From assembly GCA_016875925.1 (NCBI GenBank), contig VGOO01000003.1, positions 1-35,796 on the forward strand: DNA of 35,796 nucleotides, written 5' to 3'. A program made the translations under genes and the position numbers. A model generated the notes under the pieces. That model saw only the letters and a program-made list of their open reading frames with translations, made no database searches and was not told where the DNA came from. Positions 1 through 8,548 of this stretch are shown here, piece after piece; the stretch's first letter is position 1; every line of letters starts with the position of its first letter. Source of the stretch: Chloroflexota bacterium. GTDB taxonomy: Bacteria; Chloroflexota; Dehalococcoidia; GIF9; UBA5629.

Positions 1-1266
1 ATCGCTAGAAAGGACGGGAGCAGGGGATTTGCAGAAGCTACAATTTCCCTGGTGCGAAATGAGAAGGGTGAAATCGTTGGCTTCCGGGGAGTTGGCAGGG
101 ACATCACCGAGCGCAAGAAGGCGGAAGAACACAGGCGCCAACTGGAGCTAAAGGCTCAGGTCTCCAGCCGCCTGGCTTCCGTGGGCGAGATGTCAGCAGG
201 AGTAGCCCACGAAATCAATAACCCGCTCACCGCTGTCACCGGCTATGCCCAACTGCTCCTGGACAGGGAGGATATACCGCCTGACGCGAGGAAAGACCTG
301 GCAGCTATCAACGACGGTGCCAGGCGTGTAGCCGGCATTGTGCAGAGACTTTTGACCTTCTCCCGCCAGACTAAGCCGGAGCGAAAGTACGTTGACATCA
401 ACCAGCTTATAGAAAGCACCCTCGTGCTGCGGGCTTATCACCTGAGGACGAACAACATCAAGGTCACCACCAGCCTTGCCCTCGACTTGCCTCAAACCAT
501 GGCTGACCCGGGCCAAATCCAGCAGGTGCTGCTCAACTTAATCGTCAATGCCGAGATGGAGATGAAATCGGCTCATGGCAAGGGCAGGCTCACCATAACC
601 ACGGAGAAAAGCGACGGCACTATAAAGATATGCGTCAAGGACGATGGCCCGGGGATAAAGCCTGAGCTAATGGACAGGATATTCGACCCCTTCTTCACCA
701 CCAAGGAGGTAGGAGAAGGAACTGGCCTGGGCTTGAGCCTGTGCTACGGCATAGTAGCCGAACACAATGGCAAGATATACGCCGAAAGCAAGACGGGCAA
801 AGGGGCTACCTTTATCGTGGAGCTGCCCGTAGTCACGGAAATAGAAACATCGGATGCGCCTGAGCCTGCTGCTGACGAGCCTGAGAGGGTGGGCAAAGCC
901 AGGATACTGGTGGTTGATGACGAGCAGGTAATCAGGGACCTGGCGAAACGGATGCTGGCTGGAGAAGGCTACCAGGTAGATACCGTGGACAACGCCACGG
1001 ATGCTTTGAAAATGATTGAAGGGAAGAGATACAACCTCATCCTGCTGGACGTCAAGATGCCTGGGATGAGCGGGCCTGAGCTATACCGACGAATCCAGAA
1101 GATAGCCAAATCGCTGGCAAAGAGGGTGGTGTTTGTCACCGGTGATGTCATGAGCGCGGATACTGACAGGTTCCTCGCCGAGACTAAAGTTGCCCACGTT
1201 GCCAAGCCCTTCGATGCTGCGCAGCTAAAGAAAGAGGTGAAGCGAGTGCTGAGCGAAGAGCAATAG
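1..1266 (+). CDS. PAS/PAC hybrid sensor histidine kinase with C-terminal receiver domain (5'-partial)
   Basis: Frame is open from base 1 ([10 protein letters not shown]...[13 protein letters not shown], a PAC motif). H-box AHEINNPL, N-box [34 protein letters not shown]. Receiver motifs [22 protein letters not shown]. Confidence 0.93.
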   Translation: MARKDGSRGFAEATISLVRNEKGEIVGFRGVGRDITERKKAEEHRRQLELKAQVSSRLASVGEMSAGVAHEINNPLTAVTGYAQLLLDREDIPPDARKDLAAINDGARRVAGIVQRLLTFSRQTKPERKYVDINQLIESTLVLRAYHLRTNNIKVTTSLALDLPQTMADPGQIQQVLLNLIVNAEMEMKSAHGKGRLTITTEKSDGTIKICVKDDGPGIKPELMDRIFDPFFTTKEVGEGTGLGLSLCYGIVAEHNGKIYAESKTGKGATFIVELPVVTEIETSDAPEPAADEPERVGKARILVVDDEQVIRDLAKRMLAGEGYQVDTVDNATDALKMIEGKRYNLILLDVKMPGMSGPELYRRIQKIAKSLAKRVVFVTGDVMSADTDRFLAETKVAHVAKPFDAAQLKKEVKRVLSEEQ

Positions 1267-1341
1267 AAGACCATATCCTGCTGCACTATTAGCCTGTCTT
1301 GTTCACCACCATGTTAGCCGCACTCCCAACCCAAACCGCTA

Positions 1342-1372
1342 TTGACTTCGCCTCGAGCCAGTATGCTATACT
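1342..1372 (+). promoter_or_regulatory. Putative sigma70 promoter for the riboswitch-btuF transcript
   Basis: Extended -10 TGcTATACT at 1364-1372, just upstream of the riboswitch P1. TTGACT at 1342-1347 has a long 19-bp spacer. Confidence 0.6.
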
Positions 1373-1385
1373 AATCGCAAACTGA

Positions 1386-1530
1386 ATAAAGCGTTAGGGG
1401 TGCCTTCGGGTGACCGAGGGCTTAATTGGAACGCAAGTCGGCGCAATTCCGGCACAGTCCCGCCTACTGTGAAAGTCAGGACGCCAACCCTGTAAGCTTT
1501 ATCTGCCTCCGCGGAGTAGGGGGTGGGATT
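1386..1530 (+). promoter_or_regulatory. Cobalamin (B12) riboswitch, compact form
   Basis: P1 ATAAAGC (1386-1392) pairs with GCTTTAT (1496-1502). Core elements GGTGC...CTTAATTGGAA, GGCGCAATTCCGG, ACAGTCCCGCCTACTGT and B12-box-like AAGTCAGG. A downstream hairpin has loop GCGGAG complementary to the TCCCGC loop. It lies upstream of a BtuF-like gene. Confidence 0.88.
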
Positions 1531-1542
1531 TGTTGTTTGATG

Positions 1543-1582
1543 AATCCCCCTGTTCCACATGGGCAGGGGGATTGTTTTTATT
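1543..1582 (+). terminator. Riboswitch-controlled intrinsic terminator
   Basis: Stem AATCCCCCTG (1543-1552) / CAGGGGGATT (1564-1573) followed by GTTTTTATT. Upstream GGGGGTGGGATT (1519-1530) can pair with the 5' arm as an antiterminator. Confidence 0.8.
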
Positions 1583-1597
1583 ATGAGGAGGTTTGCC

Positions 1598-2623
1598 ATG
1601 AAAAAGTACATCTACAGCATTCTGACACTCACGGCCATCACCTGCCTGACGCTTACCCTTGCCTGTACGCCAACTCCCACTTCACCACCTACTGCACCGC
1701 CACCACCTCCTCCATCACCAACACAGGAGAAACCACCGCCGCAGGCAGCACCGCAGGAAGAGCTGCCCACCTTCCCAATCACAGTCACCGACGACCTGGG
1801 CAGGAAAGTGACCATCCAGAAACTGCCCCAGCGCATCGTTTCGCTGGCTCCCAGCGTCACCGAGATGCTGTTTGCCCTGGGGCTGGACGATAGAATCGTG
1901 GGCACCACCGACTACTGCGACTATCCAGAAGCAGCCAAATCAAAAACCAGGGTCTCCGGCTACAGCACGCCAGACCTGGAGAAAATCGTCGCCGTACAGC
2001 CAGACCTGATAGTGGCAGAGTCCATACATGAGAACACGGTCCTTCCCGCTCTGGAGAAGCTGGGGCTGCCCGTCTTCGTCACCTTCGCCACCTCTATCGA
2101 CGTGATACTGAACGACATCACCGTCATCGGGCAAATCACCGGCAAGAGCAAAGCAGCACGGAAACTGGTCAGCGACATGACCAACCAGATAGACGCTGTC
2201 ACCTCCAGAACATCAGCGCTGGCTGCCAAAGACCGCCCCGGCGTGCTCTATGTTGTCTGGTTTAATCCCATCTGGACCATGGGCTCCAAAACCTTCACCG
2301 ATGACCTGATTGCCAAGGCCGGCGGCACAAACGTGTTTTCCGCTGATTTCGAGAAGGCGCGCGTAGTCTCGCTGGAAGCAGTGGTCACCAAGAACCCACA
2401 GGTCATCCTGGTAAGCGCCATGGCTACCACCGCAGACCTGGTCTATAACAGCATCAAAAAGGAGACCAGGCTGGCCGGCGTGGATGCCATCAAAAACAAC
2501 CGCGTCTACAAGATAACCGACTCCAACCTTATCGAACGCCCTAGCCCCAGAATAATCCAGGGACTGGAAGAGGTAGCCAAGCTGATACACCCGGAGATAT
2601 TCGGGACAGGAGATTCAAAATAG
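1598..2623 (+). CDS. btuF: Cobalamin ABC transporter substrate-binding lipoprotein (BtuF/YvrC-like)
   Basis: SD GAGGAGG before ATG 1598. Lipobox-like LTLAC, Pro-rich linker, then FPITVTDDLGRKV, PQRIVSLAPSVTEMLFALG, VGTTDYCDYP and ERPSPRI. Sits under a B12 riboswitch. Confidence 0.9.
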   Translation: MKKYIYSILTLTAITCLTLTLACTPTPTSPPTAPPPPPPSPTQEKPPPQAAPQEELPTFPITVTDDLGRKVTIQKLPQRIVSLAPSVTEMLFALGLDDRIVGTTDYCDYPEAAKSKTRVSGYSTPDLEKIVAVQPDLIVAESIHENTVLPALEKLGLPVFVTFATSIDVILNDITVIGQITGKSKAARKLVSDMTNQIDAVTSRTSALAAKDRPGVLYVVWFNPIWTMGSKTFTDDLIAKAGGTNVFSADFEKARVVSLEAVVTKNPQVILVSAMATTADLVYNSIKKETRLAGVDAIKNNRVYKITDSNLIERPSPRIIQGLEEVAKLIHPEIFGTGDSK

Positions 2624-2672
2624 AAATGCAACTCTCGCGTCAACACGTCGTGAGGCCTCCCAAATAATTAAT

Positions 2673-2778
2673 TGTCATCGCGAGGAGCAAAGCCCCGTGG
2701 CGGTCCCTGCCTGGGCAGATACTTGTGCCTTACGGGGAATTGCGAGTCCTTCAGCGGAAGGACTCAGTCAGAATGATA
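2673..2778. repeat. Degenerate palindromic REP-like element (TGTCAT/CGTC-type)
   Basis: TGTCATCGCGAGGAGCAAAGCCCCGTGGCGGTCCC at 2673-2707, with a partner ending ...CAGAATGATA. The partner contains a perfect hairpin GAGTCCTTC-AGCG-GAAGGACTC (2744-2765). Confidence 0.55.
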
Positions 2779-2819
2779 GGAGAACGACAGAAAAATGCTC
2801 GAGGTAACAAGACAAACAA

Positions 2820-2924
2820 TGTAGGGACAGACCTGAAGGTCTGTCCGCGGATGGGTCCAACGTGAGTCAGGTTTTTAAACCTGTCCGCCATTCCTGCGGG
2901 CGCGCCTGAAGGTACGCCCCTACA
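2820..2924. repeat. GTAG-type REP cluster (inverted pair plus a degenerate middle unit)
   Basis: TGTAGGGACAGACCTGAAGGTCTGTCC (2820-2846); middle hairpin CAGGTTT-TT-AAACCTG; inverted unit GGGCGCGCCTGAAGGTACGCCCCTACA (2898-2924). Confidence 0.7.
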
Positions 2925-2940
2925 ATATCCCGATATAAAG

Positions 2941-5900
2941 ATGGGCATATCCATGAAAAACAGATTTAAGAGACCAATCGGCCTGCTGGTCATTGCCATA
3001 GCGATTATAGCCAGCATAATACCAAACACATACCCTCGCCCAGCGCTGGCCGACCCTGGCGTTCTGAAGTGGGACCGTGCCTACACGCCTGGGAGCATCG
3101 TTACCAAGAATGACATCGCCAGCCCCTGCGAGGTCAACCGCATCGCCATCGGCTCGGACGGCAAGACTTTTTACGCCGTAGACATCCCCAATGCAGACAA
3201 TTCCGCTGGCAGCAACGCCCTTTACAAATCAACAGATAGCGGCATAAGCTGGGGCGATAAAATCGGCCAGAACTTGTATCAAAGCATGTCCCCTGCTGAA
3301 CAAGCCAACTTTCGCATCTGGAATCTGGCAACTGCCCCCGATGACGTAAATTTCATAGCCGTGGTCACCAACAACGCTATCAGCAATCTACCACGAAACA
3401 TCTGGGTATCCAGCAACGGCGGCTCCCAGTGGCACAACACCAATTTCAGTGGCCCCCATAACATCAACGCCATCGATATCTCCTCAAACTACGCCAGCCA
3501 TGACATTTGCATCGGCACCAGAGACGGCAATGGCAACGGCAATGTCTGGGTTCTGAATGGCCCAGATTACCTCACCTGGGCAGACCAGGCATTCACCGGA
3601 GACATTATGTCCCTGGAGTTTTCTCCCTCATACCAAAACGACTTTGCCATTGCTCTTGTCTATTCAAATGCCAAGGGAACATACGTTAATGTGGGATTCC
3701 ATGACGTTAACCAAAGCTCCACCAACTGGGTAGCCTCTTATGGAGGCTCCCCCCCTGAAATCACCGCTGGCGCTGCCAGCACATCACCTAATGCCAGCCA
3801 GATTATCACCGCAGGCCTGGAGTTGCCCAGCGACTTCTCCGGCCAATCCCCCAGCTTGCGTCGCTATTACATCTGCACGGACGATGCAGGAGTCACTGGC
3901 CAAGCCGGCATTTACCGCATAGACAACACCCACTTGTACAACCTGATGAAAGCCACACCGACAAAACGGATTTGCACCATTGCTTACCACGGCACATTTG
4001 CTTCTGGCAAGCTATTAGCCGGCGAGGTGTTGGGCAACACCCGCGCTGCCACCGTCATGACATGGTTCACCGATTCGCCCACCACCTGCCCCATACCCTG
4101 CTGGTATCCCGCTCTAAAGCCAGCCACCGGCGCCGCCGGCAGCGATAGCTGTGCCGGCTCGGGCTACGGCAACGCCCAGGTCGCATGGTCTCCCGATGGT
4201 TCAATCGCCTATGCAGGCACCGCCAGCAGCGCCCCACTGCGCCCCGGCCCCGATTGGCCAACGCCATATCTAACAGGACAACCACTGGACGAATCGGCCT
4301 TCTCGCTTAGCCGTAATAACGGTGAGACCTGGAATCAGCTCGCCCTGATAGACACCCAAATCAGCCGCTTCACAGACATCGCCCCAGCACCCAATTGCTC
4401 GACCCTCTACCTAGCTTCTGTAAGTGACAATGTCAATTGTTCAGGATTCGACAGCGTCTGGCGTAGCCAGGGTTCACCCCTGGGCAACGATTGGGAACGC
4501 GTACTCTGCCAGCTAACCACAGCGCAGGATTGCGCCATCGGACAAACAGACAACGCCATTCTGGGGCTGGCCGGCAACAAACCTGATGGACAAATTGTTT
4601 TCTGGGCAGCCGTAGGTACCACCAAACTCATGTGGTCGCCAGACTTCGGAGATTACTGGACCAATATAAATACCAGGCTAGCCATACAGGACATGGCACC
4701 AGAGGACAGCAAGACCCTGTACCTCCTCAGCCCCGACGGCTGGGTGCAGAAGTTCAGTTATAGCGGGACTGGCTGGGTTCTGGAGCAGAACACGCTAACA
4801 GAGCTCGGTGCTGCTTACAGCATCGCCACCGCCTATACCGGAATAACGCCGGACAACCACAAGGGACATGTAATCGTGAGCGGGACTGGCGTCGGGCCTT
4901 ATGACGTTGCCTATTCCATAGACGGTGGGAATACCTTCAGCCATGTTCCCACCTCGCTTCCCACGCAAGGAAACACGCTGGTGGTCGCCAGTTCCGCCTA
5001 TAGAAGCGATGGCTATATCCTGGCTATAAACTCAGGTGGCATGTACGCCTGTGGCATCTACTCCGGAACCGACGAGTGGGAAACATGGTGGGGCGGTATC
5101 GCCTGGCCCACCCCGGTCACCAGCCTGGCCATATCCCGCAACTACAGCTTCTACTTCTGTGAACCAGCTACCTGGGCCTCAGCCACGCCCTACGTCAGAT
5201 GGTCAGCAGCTCTCGCAGGCTTAGACCCAACCGTTTCGCTGGGAACAGCAGACCAACCAACCAGAAGATTCAGGATATGCGGCGGCATGGAATTGGGTGA
5301 CCCTATAACCATCTGGACTATCGACCAGCAGCCCTACAATCCTCCCCAGGGTGGAGTTTGGAATTACACCGACACGCTGGCATGGAACGGCCCCAGGCCA
5401 GTGGCACCGATATCAGAGGCAGCTGTGGACTGCGACCCTGTCTCCGGCAGGGCTGGCCAGATAGATTTGCAATGGAAGCCTATCTCCCTATCTCGCGGAT
5501 ATCGAATCGAGATAGCCAAGGACGAAGACTTTGCCCTGAAGGTCGCTGACATTGGCAATATATGGGGAGGAAAGACCTCATCTCTCAGCCCGATTCCCGC
5601 TCCTACCACATATGCCCCTTACGTGCCGCCCGACCTCGATGCTCCGGCTTTAGTCATCCCGCCAAGCGGTGGCACAGTAATAGACGCCAATGGTAATACC
5701 TGGAATGTGCCCCCGCTGGAAGCCAACCACACCTATTACTGGAAGGTCACTGTTCAGGATGTTGTCACCGGCGATGCCATCACCAGCCCGTCATCATGGC
5801 GCGAGATATTCAAAGTACGGCCCGGCCTGCCAGTCAACGCTAAATACCTGGGACCGCAACTGCTGTCTCCCAATAATGGTTGCATCGGTTGCAGCATCAA

Positions 5901-6252
5901 ACCGGCATCATTTTCCTGGTCGCCTTTCCAGGGGACAACCAGATACAGGTTCGTACTGGCCAAAGACCCGACTATGACCGAGGTCATCACGGACACCGAA
6001 GTCAACACCACAGCCTATGAATTCAGCGGCATTCTGGAACCTGGCATCATCTACTTCTGGCGCGTAAAAGCACTTGAACCGTTCCCCAGCGACTGGAGCC
6101 CCACTTTTTGCTTCCAAACGCAACCCAATCCTGTTCCACAATCCACACAAAATTCGCCAGCAGTTCCGGCTTGGACATGGGCAATTATCATCATCTGCCT
6201 GCTCATAGACATTGCCTTACTCACCTTCATCCTCCACCGCCGCTTGCGATAG
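2941..6252 (+). CDS. Large secreted, C-terminally anchored surface protein with Asp-box/BNR repeats and FN3-like domains (candidate S-layer-family protein), paralog 1
   Basis: Signal peptide ending ...PALA. Asp-box-like motifs KSTDSGISW, VSSNGGSQW, LSRNNGETW, WSPDFGDYW, YSIDGGNTF. Two FN3-like modules (YYWKV, YFWRVKA). C-terminal hydrophobic helix followed by HRRLR. The start may be 2953. Confidence 0.75.
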   Translation: MGISMKNRFKRPIGLLVIAIAIIASIIPNTYPRPALADPGVLKWDRAYTPGSIVTKNDIASPCEVNRIAIGSDGKTFYAVDIPNADNSAGSNALYKSTDSGISWGDKIGQNLYQSMSPAEQANFRIWNLATAPDDVNFIAVVTNNAISNLPRNIWVSSNGGSQWHNTNFSGPHNINAIDISSNYASHDICIGTRDGNGNGNVWVLNGPDYLTWADQAFTGDIMSLEFSPSYQNDFAIALVYSNAKGTYVNVGFHDVNQSSTNWVASYGGSPPEITAGAASTSPNASQIITAGLELPSDFSGQSPSLRRYYICTDDAGVTGQAGIYRIDNTHLYNLMKATPTKRICTIAYHGTFASGKLLAGEVLGNTRAATVMTWFTDSPTTCPIPCWYPALKPATGAAGSDSCAGSGYGNAQVAWSPDGSIAYAGTASSAPLRPGPDWPTPYLTGQPLDESAFSLSRNNGETWNQLALIDTQISRFTDIAPAPNCSTLYLASVSDNVNCSGFDSVWRSQGSPLGNDWERVLCQLTTAQDCAIGQTDNAILGLAGNKPDGQIVFWAAVGTTKLMWSPDFGDYWTNINTRLAIQDMAPEDSKTLYLLSPDGWVQKFSYSGTGWVLEQNTLTELGAAYSIATAYTGITPDNHKGHVIVSGTGVGPYDVAYSIDGGNTFSHVPTSLPTQGNTLVVASSAYRSDGYILAINSGGMYACGIYSGTDEWETWWGGIAWPTPVTSLAISRNYSFYFCEPATWASATPYVRWSAALAGLDPTVSLGTADQPTRRFRICGGMELGDPITIWTIDQQPYNPPQGGVWNYTDTLAWNGPRPVAPISEAAVDCDPVSGRAGQIDLQWKPISLSRGYRIEIAKDEDFALKVADIGNIWGGKTSSLSPIPAPTTYAPYVPPDLDAPALVIPPSGGTVIDANGNTWNVPPLEANHTYYWKVTVQDVVTGDAITSPSSWREIFKVRPGLPVNAKYLGPQLLSPNNGCIGCSIKPASFSWSPFQGTTRYRFVLAKDPTMTEVITDTEVNTTAYEFSGILEPGIIYFWRVKALEPFPSDWSPTFCFQTQPNPVPQSTQNSPAVPAWTWAIIIICLLIDIALLTFILHRRLR

Positions 6253-6289
6253 ACAACAGCACAAACAAGAATACCCATACACTTGACTA

Positions 6290-6318
6290 TCGACAATTGT
6301 CCCGTGTAGCACTATAAT
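6290..6318 (+). promoter_or_regulatory. Putative sigma70 promoter
   Basis: TCGACA (6290-6295), 17-bp spacer, TATAAT (6313-6318). Confidence 0.6.
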
Positions 6319-6332
6319 TGTTTGTTAGAGAG

Positions 6333-8489
6333 ATGAGATTTCTTCATCAGCATAAGTCCACACCTGACGGACTACTTCTCAGGATAATTGCCCATCTGCT
6401 ACCCGTCATGTCCTTATTGATAGGCATCAGCCTATCGCTGGCAAGCCCAGTGCAGGCACAGCCATCCATCTACCCCTCCCCCCTGCCCAACGGCCAGGTT
6501 GGCACACCCTACACCACAAATCTTGTTGCCACAGGAGGCTCGCCACCCTATACATGGAGCATCATCAGCGGAGCTTTGCCACCGAATTTGACATTAAACG
6601 CAGCAAGCGGCACCATCTCGGGCACCCCGACTACAGCAGGGACTTTTAGCTTCGTTGTAAGAGTCACCGACTCAGCAGCAGGCACTGGACAGCAGGGTTT
6701 TTTCATCACCATCACCTCGCCACCATTGACATTCCTCACCAGCAGCCTGCCTGACGCCAAGGAAAACACTACCTACGCTACAACGGTAAGTGTCAAGGGA
6801 GGAACTGCACCCTACACCTACTCCATCGTTGGCGGCTCGCTGCCTACGGGATTAAAGCTGTCAGCAACCACTGGCCTTATCTCTGGCGTCCCCGCCAAAG
6901 GCACCGCAGGCACCACCAGCTTCGTCATCGGTGTTACCGATAGCTCTTCACCGCAGCTTTCCGGCCAGCAGAGCTTCACCCTGCTCATAGAAAAGGGGGC
7001 TTTCGAACCGCTGGTCACCATCGGCAGCGGCTTGAAAGCAGGCGAGACCAAGGTCATCGCCGGCACCCAGCTCGTAGCCACGCTACGTGGTGGCGAATCA
7101 GTGCGTCTCTCCATGGAGCTGGGCACCAGAACAACGGTAGCCGTTGACCAAATCGTCAATCACCCAAACAAGAGCGATGTCAGATACAGGGCTGAAGTAG
7201 ACAAAATGACGGTGAGCGAAACCTCCCCATCAATCGAGTTCCCCTACTATGCTGAATACAAGATAGACTTCGAGGCCGACCCCTCTGACGTCACCCAGCT
7301 TTCAGGCTCTGGCTGGTATAAGGAAGGTTACACGCTAAGATCCACCGCCCCAGAACAGGTCACCACATCTGACAAGCCAGGCACGCAGTACCGCTTTTCT
7401 CAGTGGGTATTGCCCACGGGAGAAACCCAATCAGGCAGAGACCTGAAGCTGACCGTTGAAGCGCCCGGTACCTGTGTTGCCAGGTACGATACCTACTACC
7501 AGCTCACCCTTATCTCGCCCTACGGCGACCCACAGGAAAGCGCATGGTATAAAGCAGGTAGTCAAGTAGAGTGGCAAACTGATACCAGGGAAGTCAAAAT
7601 ACCGGGCATCCTTGGCGTCTTCGGTGGCAAGATGAAACCGCTTAAGAGCAGCGACACCGTTCTCATGGATGGCCCCAAGACAGTTGAGGTGAAATGGGCA
7701 CCAGACTATACCATGCCCATGCTTCTGATACCGCTGGCAGTGTTACTGCTTACGGCAGGTATCTATGGCCTGTATCGGCTAGCAAGCCCACGACCCAAAC
7801 CCACGCCCTGGGCTCCACCAGCGTGGGCTCCACCCCAGATGATGTACCAACCACCTCCACCACCTCAGACCACGGTAGTATTGATGGGAGGAGAACAACA
7901 AAAACAACTGCCACAATCAACCAAAGAACAGCTCATGGAAAAGTTCGGTGAGCTTCTGGACAAGTACGGAGAGGAGATCAAGACTACTCTGCAAGCCGGC
8001 CAAGGCCCAGCATTGCCTGCTGCAGATACCCTCAGAGTGGAGAAGAGCCTGCCCCTAGGAGAAACCGCACCACCACCCACGGTCGAGGCTGAGTTCGCTC
8101 CTGCTGAAGCCACAGAAGGAACCCTGCTCTGCAACTTCGCCTCCAAGAGACTGCTACGAGCAGTTGCCGGAAATTGGAAACAGACAGGTACCAGGCCAGC
8201 TTCTACATCTGGCGAAGAACCGCCCGAAAGTACTGCCTTCGTCGTCGTCTGGTCCAGGGATATATACCAGGAATGGGAAATCTTCAACTGCTCCCTGCCA
8301 CCATCCCATAAAGGGACACACGAGGGCGAAACCCAGACGGTATACACCTTGCTCAATACCATCACCGAAGAGAGAACCTACGAAGCAGAAGAGGAGATAA
8401 CCCCACCCAAGCCTCACTACACCGATGGCATGCCACAAGTCGATGTATCCGCTAAACAGATAGTCAATCCAGACGAGCTTCCTGACTAA
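6333..8489 (+). CDS. Single-pass membrane protein: putative Ig (He_PIG-like) domains outside, Pro-rich linker and Cys/His domain inside
   Basis: Signal peptide ending SPVQA. Two repeats of GGxxPYTxSIxxGxLPxxLxLxxxxGxISGxP...FVxxVTDS. Two SGWYKEG / SAWYKAG repeats. TM helix at about 7719-7781. Tail contains C...CSLPPSHKGTH. Start codon uncertain (6318, 6333 or 6408). Confidence 0.75.
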   Translation: MRFLHQHKSTPDGLLLRIIAHLLPVMSLLIGISLSLASPVQAQPSIYPSPLPNGQVGTPYTTNLVATGGSPPYTWSIISGALPPNLTLNAASGTISGTPTTAGTFSFVVRVTDSAAGTGQQGFFITITSPPLTFLTSSLPDAKENTTYATTVSVKGGTAPYTYSIVGGSLPTGLKLSATTGLISGVPAKGTAGTTSFVIGVTDSSSPQLSGQQSFTLLIEKGAFEPLVTIGSGLKAGETKVIAGTQLVATLRGGESVRLSMELGTRTTVAVDQIVNHPNKSDVRYRAEVDKMTVSETSPSIEFPYYAEYKIDFEADPSDVTQLSGSGWYKEGYTLRSTAPEQVTTSDKPGTQYRFSQWVLPTGETQSGRDLKLTVEAPGTCVARYDTYYQLTLISPYGDPQESAWYKAGSQVEWQTDTREVKIPGILGVFGGKMKPLKSSDTVLMDGPKTVEVKWAPDYTMPMLLIPLAVLLLTAGIYGLYRLASPRPKPTPWAPPAWAPPQMMYQPPPPPQTTVVLMGGEQQKQLPQSTKEQLMEKFGELLDKYGEEIKTTLQAGQGPALPAADTLRVEKSLPLGETAPPPTVEAEFAPAEATEGTLLCNFASKRLLRAVAGNWKQTGTRPASTSGEEPPESTAFVVVWSRDIYQEWEIFNCSLPPSHKGTHEGETQTVYTLLNTITEERTYEAEEEITPPKPHYTDGMPQVDVSAKQIVNPDELPD

Positions 8490-8548
8490 CCCCATAACCT
8501 GTCTGGCCTGACAAATAATTCCACTTCCCAATCATAACTCTAACAACG

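Noticed and set aside
1426-1893. 155-aa + strand ORF, and the longer 1559 start for btuF
   Set aside because: The ORF overlaps the riboswitch and btuF in another frame and has no recognisable motifs. Position 1559 lies inside the terminator, while the SD supports ATG 1598.
2820-2924. Possible mini CRISPR array
   Set aside because: Units differ in sequence, include an inverted copy and have irregular spacing, and there are no cas genes. A REP cluster fits better.
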